Shown piece by piece: positions 28,170-36,931 of a stretch of 64,000 bases of DNA. Every line of letters starts with the position of its first letter. Position 1 is the stretch's first letter. The position numbers and the translations under genes are program-made. Under the pieces are notes generated by a model. That model saw only the letters and a list, made by a program, of their open reading frames with translations, was not told the origin of the DNA and made no database searches. Source of the stretch: Candidatus Norongarragalinales archaeon (GTDB taxonomy: Archaea > Micrarchaeota > Micrarchaeia > Norongarragalinales > Norongarragalinaceae); assembly GCA_038884755.1 (NCBI GenBank), contig JAWABJ010000001.1:192001-256000 (forward strand). Direction: 5' to 3'.

Positions 28170-31046
28170 ATGGTTTACAATCCTAAGTCTATCGAGGAAA
28201 AAACGCTTGCTAAGTGGAAGCACGAAAACACTTACGCCACTGTAAAGCAAAAGTTTGCGGGAAAACCAAAGTTTTTCTTCATGGACGGCCCGCCTTACGC
28301 TACTGGGTATATACACATGGGCACCGCCCTCAACAAGACGCTGAAAGACTCTTTCATACGTTTTTTCCGCATGCAAGGCCACGCGGTTTGGGACCAGCCT
28401 GGGTACGACTGCCACGGCACTCCCATTGAAGTGAAGACGGAAAAAAAGTTCGGGTTCAAGAACAAGAAAGACATCGTTCAATTCGGCGTGGGAAAGTTCG
28501 TAGGAGAGTGCAGGCATTTCGCGACTGAATACATAGACGTTATGAACAGTCAGTTCGCCAACCTCGGCGTTTGGTTGGACTGGGAAAAGCCTTACCTCAC
28601 TCTCGACAATTCCTACGTCGAAGGCATTTGGTTTACGTTCAAGAAAGCTTTCGAAAAGGGTTTGGTGTACAAGGGGAATTACCCCGTTCACGTTTGCACT
28701 AGGTGCGAGACCGTCGTTGCTTTCAACGAAATAGAATACAAAACCGTGAAAGACCCGGCGGTTTTCGTGAAATTCAAGCTCGCGGGAAAAAACGAGTTTT
28801 TCGTCATTTACACGACTACTCCGTGGACCCTCCCGTCGAATATGGCGATAATGGTGCACCCTGATTTCGACTATGCTAGAGTAAAGCTCGGCGGCGAGGG
28901 CGGGGAAATCCTAGTAATCGCGAAAGATTTGGTCGGTCCGGTTTTGGATTCCACCGGAAGAAAGTACGAAATAATCGGAACCTTAAAGGGAAGCGAATTA
29001 GCCGGAATGCGTTACGAACATCCTTTCGCGGACAAGGTTCCAATGTTGCAAAAGCTTTCGCGCGAAAGCCAAAAAGTTTTTACCGTAGTCGCGTCAGCGC
29101 GTTTCGTTTCAGTCGCCGAAGGAACGGGGCTGGTGCACAGCGCGCCGGGCCACGGGAAGGAAGATTTTGCAGTAGGAAAAGAAAACTCCTTGCCCATAGC
29201 CTGCCCTATGGGTTTGGACGGCATTTTCAGAAGCGAAGCGGGAGCGTGGATTGCGGGAAAATACGCGAAACAAGCGGACAAAATCATTTTGGAAACGCTC
29301 AGCGAAAGGAACGCGCTTTTGAAAGTCGACACTATCAGCCACGAGTACCCGAAATGCTGGCGTTGCGACACTTCGCTCTTGATTTTGAACGTTCCCCAGT
29401 GGTTCATTCGCATCGACTCGATGCTGGAACAGCTGAAAAGCGAAAACGAGAAAGTCAATTGGGTTCCGGGCTGGGCGAGCGACCGGTTTGCGGATTGGCT
29501 GGAGAATTTGAAAGACTGGCCCGTAACGCGGCAGAGGTATTGGGGTGCGCCCGCCCCGATTTGGGAGTGCGGAAAATGCGGAAAGGTTGAAGTGATAGGA
29601 ACTGTGGAAGAAATGCGCGGAAAAAGCGGTTTCGCGCAAGAAATCGACTTGCATTTGCCAGGCATCGACGCCGTGAAATGGAATTGTTCTTGCGGAGGCG
29701 TTTTCACTCGAATTCCCGACGTTCTCGACGTTTGGTTTGATTCCGGCGTGGCGTCGTGGGTTTCCCTCGGCTACCCGTCGCAAAAGGAAAAGTTTGAAAA
29801 ACTTTGGCCTTGCGATTTACAGATAGAAGGAGTGGACCAGATTCGCGGGTGGTGGAACTCGCAATTGATTACGAGCATGATTACTTTCGACAAGGCGCCG
29901 TTCAAAAACATCGTATTCCACGGTTTTGTTTTGGATGCTCACGGCTCCAAGATGAGCAAATCGCTCGGAAACATTGTAGCTCCCGAAGACGTGATAGAAA
30001 AGTTCGGGCGCGACGCGCTGCGGTTGTTTTTCTTGGACCACGATCCTTCGGAAGATTTTTCTTTCGCTTGGGACGGCGTAGAGCAAGTAAACCGGTTTTT
30101 GAACGTATTCTGGAATACTTTCGTTTTCGTGCAGACCTACGCGCCGCGGGGAGTTTCCACGAAAATAGACTTCGCTTCCCTTTCAATAGAAGACAAGTGG
30201 ATTCTCGCAAAATTGCAGGGCGCTTTGAAATTCCAGGAAAACGGGCGGAAATTCAAGCTTTACGAAACCGTCGCGGCACTCAAGGCTTTTGTGCTCGACG
30301 ATTTTTCGCGCACTTACATTAAGCTCGTGCGCGACAGGGTTTCGCCTTCTTACTCCGGAAAAGACAAGCAAAGCGCGCAAGCGGTTTTGAGGGCGGTTAT
30401 GGAAACGCTTACCAAAGCCTTCGCCCCGTTCACTCCTTTCGTTTGCGAGGAAATGTTTTCCGAGTTTTCTGACGCTCAAAGCGTGCACGCGCAGGACTAC
30501 CCGCGCGCGGAGAAATCGCTGGAGAACGAGCTGTTGGAAAAGCAGATGGCAATCGTGCTGGAAATCGTCGAAGCGTCGAGTGCGTTGAGGCAGGAAGCGA
30601 AAATAAAGCTGCGCTGGCCAGTTCGTGCAATTGCAGTAGAAACCCAGGATGAGGAAACGAGGAAAGCAGTTTCTGCTCTGAAAAAAACCATTGAGGCTTT
30701 TGCGAACGCGAAAGTCGTTACGCTCGGCTCGCTTGAAGGCTCTGAAGTCAAGAGCGCCGGGTTTTCCAAGGGCAAAGTGTTTTTGGATTGCGGTGAAACG
30801 CCGGATTTGGTCGAAGAAAGGCTTATGCGCGAGGTTTCGCGCGCGATTCAGGAAATGCGCAAGAGCAAGGGTTTGAACGTGGGTGAAAAGGCGAAAGTGT
30901 TCATCGACGGGCCTTCCGAATTCGTGGGGAAATGGAAAGAGTATTTGGAGAAGGAAACGAATTCGACTCTCGAACCTAAAAAAGCGGGTGAAAGCAAATT
31001 CACGGTCGTCAGCCTGAGGGATTTTGAAGTCAAAATAGCCCTCTAG
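28170..31046 (+). CDS. ileS: Isoleucine--tRNA ligase
   Basis: DGPPYATGYIHMGT (HIGH-like), WTLPSN, GTGLVH, EGVDQIRGW, KMSKS; start at ATG 28170. Confidence 0.97.
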   Translation: MVYNPKSIEEKTLAKWKHENTYATVKQKFAGKPKFFFMDGPPYATGYIHMGTALNKTLKDSFIRFFRMQGHAVWDQPGYDCHGTPIEVKTEKKFGFKNKKDIVQFGVGKFVGECRHFATEYIDVMNSQFANLGVWLDWEKPYLTLDNSYVEGIWFTFKKAFEKGLVYKGNYPVHVCTRCETVVAFNEIEYKTVKDPAVFVKFKLAGKNEFFVIYTTTPWTLPSNMAIMVHPDFDYARVKLGGEGGEILVIAKDLVGPVLDSTGRKYEIIGTLKGSELAGMRYEHPFADKVPMLQKLSRESQKVFTVVASARFVSVAEGTGLVHSAPGHGKEDFAVGKENSLPIACPMGLDGIFRSEAGAWIAGKYAKQADKIILETLSERNALLKVDTISHEYPKCWRCDTSLLILNVPQWFIRIDSMLEQLKSENEKVNWVPGWASDRFADWLENLKDWPVTRQRYWGAPAPIWECGKCGKVEVIGTVEEMRGKSGFAQEIDLHLPGIDAVKWNCSCGGVFTRIPDVLDVWFDSGVASWVSLGYPSQKEKFEKLWPCDLQIEGVDQIRGWWNSQLITSMITFDKAPFKNIVFHGFVLDAHGSKMSKSLGNIVAPEDVIEKFGRDALRLFFLDHDPSEDFSFAWDGVEQVNRFLNVFWNTFVFVQTYAPRGVSTKIDFASLSIEDKWILAKLQGALKFQENGRKFKLYETVAALKAFVLDDFSRTYIKLVRDRVSPSYSGKDKQSAQAVLRAVMETLTKAFAPFTPFVCEEMFSEFSDAQSVHAQDYPRAEKSLENELLEKQMAIVLEIVEASSALRQEAKIKLRWPVRAIAVETQDEETRKAVSALKKTIEAFANAKVVTLGSLEGSEVKSAGFSKGKVFLDCGETPDLVEERLMREVSRAIQEMRKSKGLNVGEKAKVFIDGPSEFVGKWKEYLEKETNSTLEPKKAGESKFTVVSLRDFEVKIAL

Positions 31047-31087
31047 GAAAACGAGCTTTTTAATAATCTTCGAGGCTATCTTCTTGT

Positions 31088-31687
31088 ATGGTAGTAGCCC
31101 GCTTGCAAGCCGTTTTGGAAAAATTGTGGCTTCCTAGCACGAAGCGAATTCCGCAGAACGAACGGACTAAGCCAATGAACCGCCATATGGATGACGTTCG
31201 CAGTTTTAATTTCATTTCCTTTTCCAGAACGTTTACCAATTTGAACAAGGAAAAGAAACTAACCGCGCCCGTGCAAACGGCAAACTCGGACATTAAAGAC
31301 TTGAGGAATGGCTTTCAAGTTGCAACGGCGGGTGACAGCACGATAATCCGTTTTGCAGGTTTCAATTCGGTGGACGACGTCTCTTCCTTGGCGACTTCCA
31401 TTCGAGACTTGCGAGACATCGCAGATGCGAGCGACATAGAGGTTCACGCCATAGTTTCGAGCTATACGCCCAACCAACTGCGCTCTTTCAACAAGCACTT
31501 CGACGATGCGAAACTAGCCTTGCCCCGTCAATTCCACAGCCCCGACCAGGAGGTAAAAATAGCGGGTGTTGTCATGCGCATTCCAAAAGATCATGTGATG
31601 GCAAAAAAAATAATAGACGCGGTCCGCAAGTGGGCTGAGGATTCAAAAAAACGCCCGGACGCGTTTGGCTCTCACGAAGTAATCTGA
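31088..31687 (+). CDS. Hypothetical protein
   Basis: 199-aa ORF filling the gap between ileS and proS, AT-rich TATA-like element upstream; no motif recognised. Confidence 0.6.
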   Translation: MVVARLQAVLEKLWLPSTKRIPQNERTKPMNRHMDDVRSFNFISFSRTFTNLNKEKKLTAPVQTANSDIKDLRNGFQVATAGDSTIIRFAGFNSVDDVSSLATSIRDLRDIADASDIEVHAIVSSYTPNQLRSFNKHFDDAKLALPRQFHSPDQEVKIAGVVMRIPKDHVMAKKIIDAVRKWAEDSKKRPDAFGSHEVI

Positions 31688-31706
31688 TTTTTTTTAGTGA
31701 TAAAAA

Positions 31707-33131
31707 ATGCCTTTGGAACACAAGAAGCACGAGGATTTCGCCGAGTGGTATTTGGAGGCTGTTCAGAAATCCAAGCTCATGGACTACGCGCCTACGCAAG
31801 GGTGCATGGTGTTCCGACCCGACTCGTACTTCGTTTGGGAGCAAATCCAACACTATCTCGACCCCCTGTTCAGGACTGACGGCGTGAAAAACGCTTATTT
31901 CCCCATTTTCATTCCCGAATCGTTCTTGAAGCAGGAAGCACTGCATTTCGAAGGATTCATTCCCGAAGTGGCTTGGGTTACGCAAGGAGGAAACCAGGAA
32001 CTCGGCGAAAGGCTGGCGCTGCGCCCGACGAGCGAAGCGATAATGTACCATTTTTTCGCGAAGTGGATTTCTTCCCACCGCGATTTGCCTTTAAAGCTCA
32101 ACCAGTGGACTAACGTAATACGTTGGGACACTAAAACGCTAAAACCGTTCTTGCGCACTCGCGAGTTCTTGTGGCAAGAGGGGCATACGGCGCACGCTTC
32201 GAGCGAAGAGGCGGGAGAGCAGGTGCTCAGGGCGTTGGATTGGTACGCGCAATGCTCTCAAGATTTGCTGGCGATTCCCGTGTTGCAGGGTTTCAAGAGC
32301 GATGCGGAAAAGTTTCCCGGCGCGTTTTACTCTACCACAATCGAGGCGGTGATGCCCGACGGGAAGGCGCTGCAAATGGGAACGTCGCACCATTTGGGGC
32401 AGAATTTCGCGAAAATGTTCGGAGTGCGGTTTAAAACGGAAGAGAAAGAGGATTTTGCGTGGCAAACGTCTTGGGGCGTTTCAACGCGGATGATAGGCGC
32501 GGCGATAATGGTTCACGGCGACGACAAAGGCTTGGTGTGGCCTCCGAAGATTGCGCCAACGCAAGTCGCCATAGTCCCGATTTTCTACAACGAAGAGGAA
32601 AAGAAAATGACTCTGCTCGCTTCGGAAAGAATCAAGAATTCCTTGTCGCGGTTGAACCTGCGAATAGAAGTGGACGATTCGGCGAAAAGCCCGGGTTTCA
32701 AGTTCAACGAAAGCGAGCTTCGCGGAATTCCCATTCGCATTGAAATCGGTTTGAGGGATTTGGCGAAAGTCGGCGTAACGATAGCAAGGCGCGATTCCGG
32801 GGAAAAAGAGTTCGTGCCTGAAGAGAAGATAGCAGAGTACGTTGAATTTTTGGTCGCCGATATACAGCAAAAGCTGTTTTTGAAGGCAAAGCTGTTTTTG
32901 GAGTCGCACACTACCGCTGTTGCGAACATGGGCGAGTTCAAGAGCGTGCTTGAAGAACGCAAGGGGTTCGTGGTTGCAGAGTGGTGCGGGGACGCGCGGT
33001 GCGAAGAGGCGATAAAGGAAGAAACAACCGCGAGCATCCGCTTGATTCCTTTCAACGCGCAGGCGAAGGGAAATTGTGTTTATTGTGGAAAGCAGGCGAA
33101 AACAACCGGCTATTTCGCAAAGGCGTACTAA
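31707..33131 (+). CDS. proS: Proline--tRNA ligase (archaeal/eukaryotic type)
   Basis: LRPTSE, RTREFLWQEGHT, GTSHHLGQNF, QTSWGVSTR. Confidence 0.98.
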   Translation: MPLEHKKHEDFAEWYLEAVQKSKLMDYAPTQGCMVFRPDSYFVWEQIQHYLDPLFRTDGVKNAYFPIFIPESFLKQEALHFEGFIPEVAWVTQGGNQELGERLALRPTSEAIMYHFFAKWISSHRDLPLKLNQWTNVIRWDTKTLKPFLRTREFLWQEGHTAHASSEEAGEQVLRALDWYAQCSQDLLAIPVLQGFKSDAEKFPGAFYSTTIEAVMPDGKALQMGTSHHLGQNFAKMFGVRFKTEEKEDFAWQTSWGVSTRMIGAAIMVHGDDKGLVWPPKIAPTQVAIVPIFYNEEEKKMTLLASERIKNSLSRLNLRIEVDDSAKSPGFKFNESELRGIPIRIEIGLRDLAKVGVTIARRDSGEKEFVPEEKIAEYVEFLVADIQQKLFLKAKLFLESHTTAVANMGEFKSVLEERKGFVVAEWCGDARCEEAIKEETTASIRLIPFNAQAKGNCVYCGKQAKTTGYFAKAY

Positions 33132-34603
33132 TAGTTTTTCTCTGGCAGCCCTAGCAACAACCTTATTTTTCCAACCAGTTTTTCGACAGAAGGCATTTGC
33201 CTGTAAGTAGGGATTTCCAGACGCAAAACGCCGTTGTCCACGAGCGCTCCTACTGTTATTAGCCCGTAGCCCAGGTCATGCCCTTGAAGGGCTGGTTTCA
33301 GGTCTTCTGCCTTCGCTTCAGTGTTTCGCAGTTTGAAAGATATCACGCTGGGCGCGAACGGCGCGTCTTCCCTGGGCTTTATAACTTCTATCAACGGTAT
33401 TTTTTCCAGGGCTTGCACGACTTTCTCCCGGTTTCTCTTCGTCTCTTCGATAATCCTCTCGTCTTCCCTCTCGAGCTTTTCTTGCGGGCCTGCGTACCTG
33501 GCGTTGAACGCAACCAATCCTCCCTTGAGTTCTGGGAGGGAAACGGCAGTGTGAAAATCCCTCGAGTCCAGAAAGTCGTAAACCCTTTCGTACTTCGTCG
33601 GAAACTGGTAGTACTTCGCGTATTTCGAAAAGGGCGAGTTGAGAAAGTGCGAAATGCCTTGCCCAACGAGCTTGCGCCTTGCAGTAACAACCGCGTTGCC
33701 CAGCACGTTTCCCAGCGCTTTCGCGGTTGTGAAAAAGAAAAAGTCCGACGCTTCGTGCGCCTTGCGTATTTCTTCGAGGGGAACGCGGCCTATGCTTTGC
33801 GCCGCGTCCACCACGAACAAAATCTTTCGTTCCTGCTTTCTGCCAGAGTTTTCCTTGTCTATAATCCTTCTCGCTTGGGTTACGGGCAGGATTTGGCCCG
33901 TTCGCGTGACGTGGGGAATTACGACCATTCTTGTTTCGGGGTTTGAAACCGCGCTTTCAAGGTTTTCGAGAAATTCGGTTTGGCCTGTCGGCGTGCTTCC
34001 GTCGTAAAGCGGGATTTTTTTCAGCCCGATCTTGATTCTCTCGCCTCCGGGCCGCACTTCGGGGTGTGAAGAGAAAAAGCCGAGGTTAGGCGGCAGGAGC
34101 AAGTCTCTCTTTGGCAAAGGCCTGGGTTTTTGCGTCAAGTGCGGGTCGCCGCCGCGCATGGTCCAATAAAGAGTTTGCGGCAAGTCTTCAGTAGTTACTA
34201 TCTGGCCTCGCTTGACTCCGCTCAAAGCGCGGATTAGCATGAGCGCTGTCGTGGCGTTGGTTTCGAACAAGACCTCGCGGTTTCCCAAAACGCTTTTCAC
34301 ACTGTCCCTGAACGACTCTGCAGTCTGAAAGTAAGCGTCGTTCAACTCTTGCACTGCGCGCTCGTCGCCGCGTTTGATTCTCTTGACGAGCTCTAGAACG
34401 AGTTTTTTTGCCTTCTCGGCTTCGAGAGCGGCTTCAACCCTTGGCGCTGCGATGGTCACTCCCGCCCACCATCCGGGAATTTTTTCTTTCCAGGAAACCC
34501 CGCCCCTGCGCTTCAAGCTCCCGAAAACCGACGGGGGTTCGCCAGGCTCGTCCGGGTTTTCGAGAGTCTTCAAGTCGGCTTTGCGCGGGTCGAACAATCG
34601 CAT
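33128..34603 (-). CDS. Divergent class V aminotransferase-fold PLP protein
   Basis: FETNATTAL, VIPHVTRTGQILPV, FVVDAAQSIG, FTTAKALG; contains no Cys. Confidence 0.7.
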   Translation of the reverse strand: MRLFDPRKADLKTLENPDEPGEPPSVFGSLKRRGGVSWKEKIPGWWAGVTIAAPRVEAALEAEKAKKLVLELVKRIKRGDERAVQELNDAYFQTAESFRDSVKSVLGNREVLFETNATTALMLIRALSGVKRGQIVTTEDLPQTLYWTMRGGDPHLTQKPRPLPKRDLLLPPNLGFFSSHPEVRPGGERIKIGLKKIPLYDGSTPTGQTEFLENLESAVSNPETRMVVIPHVTRTGQILPVTQARRIIDKENSGRKQERKILFVVDAAQSIGRVPLEEIRKAHEASDFFFFTTAKALGNVLGNAVVTARRKLVGQGISHFLNSPFSKYAKYYQFPTKYERVYDFLDSRDFHTAVSLPELKGGLVAFNARYAGPQEKLEREDERIIEETKRNREKVVQALEKIPLIEVIKPREDAPFAPSVISFKLRNTEAKAEDLKPALQGHDLGYGLITVGALVDNGVLRLEIPTYRQMPSVEKLVGKIRLLLGLPEKNY

Positions 34604-34635
34604 GAAAAAATTAGTGCGGTTCGTTTTTATGATAG

Positions 34636-34762
34636 TAGCCCCGGGCGGATTCGAACCGCCGTCAACGGGTATCTTTTCGCAAAGCGGAGTTGCTCGCCCC
34701 GAAAGGCTCGCTTATCCGTGCGTGCCAAAGCCCGCTATACTGGGCCGCTATACGACGGGGCT
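34636..34762 (-). tRNA. tRNA-Gln(TTG) with a 54-nt intron at 37/38 (34671-34724)
   Basis: AGCCCCG/CGGGGCT acceptor stem; GCGGG-CT-TTG-G|intron|A-CCCGT; BHB central helix CTTT/AAAG. Confidence 0.92.
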
Positions 34763-34833
34763 GCGAAAAACATTTGGTTCAACGAATATTTTATATTGTT
34801 GCTCTTGCTCAATTTTATTGGGGGCAAGAGAGT

Positions 34834-35325
34834 ATGAAGCGAAGGAATTTCGAAAGGGATTTTTTCAACGACGATTTTTTCGAAGAGTTCGAAAAGATAG
34901 AGGAAATGATGCGTGACATGCTTGACGCTCACTTCAGAGACTTAAACGAAAACGATTTGAGGAACTTGGAGGGCACTCGCCCCAAGGTTTACGGTTTTAC
35001 CTTGGAATTCGGGCCTGAAGGGAAAGGCAAGTTGAAGGAAATCGGCATTACTCCCGCACTGCGAAAACAGCCAGAGCCTAAAAGCGAGCCTTTCGTTGAA
35101 ATACTCAACCACCCTGAAGAAATACGCGTGGTTGCGGAACTGCCTGGAGTAGAAGAAAAACACTTGCACTTGAAGGTTTTCCCCAAACAATTGAGCATTA
35201 GAGTGTCCGACCCGCAGAGGTTTTTGGCAAAAGTAGTATCCTTGCCTGCAGAAGTGGTTGAAAAAAGCTTTAAATCCACTCTCAAAAACGGCATTCTTGA
35301 AATCGTCTTGAAGAAAAAAAAATGA
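34834..35325 (+). CDS. Small heat shock protein (Hsp20)
   Basis: VYGFTLEFGPEGK, VVAELPGVE, KNGILEIVL; start at ATG 34834. Confidence 0.92.
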   Translation: MKRRNFERDFFNDDFFEEFEKIEEMMRDMLDAHFRDLNENDLRNLEGTRPKVYGFTLEFGPEGKGKLKEIGITPALRKQPEPKSEPFVEILNHPEEIRVVAELPGVEEKHLHLKVFPKQLSIRVSDPQRFLAKVVSLPAEVVEKSFKSTLKNGILEIVLKKKK

Positions 35326-35927
35326 ACCGCGGGCAGCTGCTGAACTTAATCCGCTCGACTGGAGTTTCAAAAGCGACAGCGCAAGCTTTCGAGAACGTTG
35401 ACAGGGCGGATTTCGTTCCTGAAGAGCTTGAGAGCGTGGCGTACGAAGACCGGCCTATTCCCCTGCCCGAAAACCAGACGACTTCCCAGCCTTCGCTAAT
35501 CGCGTTCGTTTTGGACAAACTGCGCGTTGGGAAAGGCGATAGGGTTTTGGAAGTTGGTACTGGCTTTGGGTTTCAGACCGCGTTGTTGAGCGAACTTGTG
35601 GGCGAAAAAGGTTTGGTCGTTTCCATAGAGCATTTTGAAGCTTTGCACGGGCAAGCGAAAAAACGGCTTGCTGCCCGTAAGAACGTTTTGCTGCTGCATG
35701 GCGACGGGAAGAAAGGTTTTGCTGAGAAAGCGCCTTTCGATGCTATAGTGGTGAGCGCTGCTTGCGCTTCGCTTCCGCAACCGTTGTTCGAACAGTTGAA
35801 GGAAGGAGGGCGGCTCGCGTATCCGCAGGAAACTGGCTTTGGGCAAGACTTGATTCTGGTGGAAAAACGGGGCGGGAGAAAGAAAACCACTCCCCTGCTG
35901 CCCGTGGCTTTCGTTCCGTTGCGGTAG
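35322..35927 (+). CDS. pcm: Protein-L-isoaspartate O-methyltransferase
   Basis: AYEDRPIPL, QTTSQP, VLEVGTGFGFQTA, APFDAIVVSA, VAFVPL. Confidence 0.95.
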   Translation: MNRGQLLNLIRSTGVSKATAQAFENVDRADFVPEELESVAYEDRPIPLPENQTTSQPSLIAFVLDKLRVGKGDRVLEVGTGFGFQTALLSELVGEKGLVVSIEHFEALHGQAKKRLAARKNVLLLHGDGKKGFAEKAPFDAIVVSAACASLPQPLFEQLKEGGRLAYPQETGFGQDLILVEKRGGRKKTTPLLPVAFVPLR

Positions 35928-35959
35928 AAATTAAATACCAAAAACGCAATACGATTATT

Positions 35960-36418
35960 ATGGTAAGATTACTTCCACTGCCGAAAGGCATTTCTCGAGC
36001 GGAGTATTCCCGTGCTTTGCGTAACCTTCCCAAAACCAAGATTTTCGCTGCCAGGAGAATCTTGAGCAAGCACGGCACAGAGGCGGTTTCACCCTTGAGC
36101 GTTTTCGGGTTGAAAGCGTTGTCCTTGATAGAAGACCACGGGGATCCTGGCTTGAAAGCGATCCAAACCCACGGAACCGTTGCTTTTGAGTTGAGAAAAT
36201 TGGCCGGCTTTCCTGCAGTGAAGGTGCTTTCAGTGCTAGATCCCGAGGAGTTTGCAACACTTAGAAACTCTTTTGCTCACGGAATAGACCGCCTTGAGTA
36301 CGTGGCAATGGCCAACATAATAGAACACAAGGGCACGGACGGGTTTAAAGCCCTACTCAGAAACAGCGACAAGCTTCACAAGGCGATAGACGCCAACATC
36401 CTAGGCCGAACGCACTAA
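35960..36418 (+). CDS. Hypothetical helical-repeat protein
   Basis: MVRLLPLPKG start; recurring units SKHGTEAV / EDHGDPGL / QTHGTVAF / EHKGTDGF. Confidence 0.55.
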   Translation: MVRLLPLPKGISRAEYSRALRNLPKTKIFAARRILSKHGTEAVSPLSVFGLKALSLIEDHGDPGLKAIQTHGTVAFELRKLAGFPAVKVLSVLDPEEFATLRNSFAHGIDRLEYVAMANIIEHKGTDGFKALLRNSDKLHKAIDANILGRTH

Positions 36419-36530
36419 GCCCGAATTTTCACTATTTGCAGGGCACGGGAACACTGGAAAGCCACTCTCTGTCCAGGTTTAAATATCGACGTTTAATGGT
36501 TAGTCTCCGCTTTCGGAGAGGTGTTCGAAA

Positions 36531-36623
36531 ATGGTTTGCTTGAGTTGCGGAAGGAAATTCCAGTTGTGGTCGGAAGGAGAGCCGGACGTCTGCCTGCTGT
36601 GCGGCAGTTCGGACTGCTCGTGA
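36531..36623 (+). CDS. 30-aa zinc-ribbon microprotein
   Basis: MVCLSCGRKFQLWSEGEPDVCLLCGSSDCS; GAGGTG RBS; TTTAAATA at 36478. Confidence 0.65.
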   Translation: MVCLSCGRKFQLWSEGEPDVCLLCGSSDCS

Positions 36624-36648
36624 GCGCTAAAAAAAGAGGTGGTTTGAG

Positions 36649-36774
36649 ATGAAGATAGACGTTTCGCAGTTGCCTTACGAGGCCGTTTTGAAGGTCGTGA
36701 ACGAAAGCAGGTGGGTAGTGCGCAATTTCGTTTGCGACAACGGAAGAGTGGTTTTGGACTGCGCTCCGGCGTAA
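36649..36774 (+). CDS. 41-aa microprotein
   Basis: MKIDVSQLPYEAVLKVVNESRWVVRNFVCDNGRVVLDCAPA; GAGGTGG RBS. Confidence 0.6.
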   Translation: MKIDVSQLPYEAVLKVVNESRWVVRNFVCDNGRVVLDCAPA

Positions 36775-36931
36775 AGTTAGAGGTTTCGGCGTTTTTCATA
36801 AAAACCCCTCGGGTGGCGAGGGCTCAAGCTCGAGCTTTCGCCAGTTGGCGCCGAAACCCGCCCTACCTACGCATAGGCTTAAAAAAACTTTTTACTTTCT
36901 TTCTTTACCGTTTTTAGAGGAGAAACCCGCC

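Noticed and set aside
34671..34724. tRNA-Gln intron as another copy of the triplex-like element
   Set aside because: It shares only TTTGCGAAAAG; the TTTCTTT tracts are absent.
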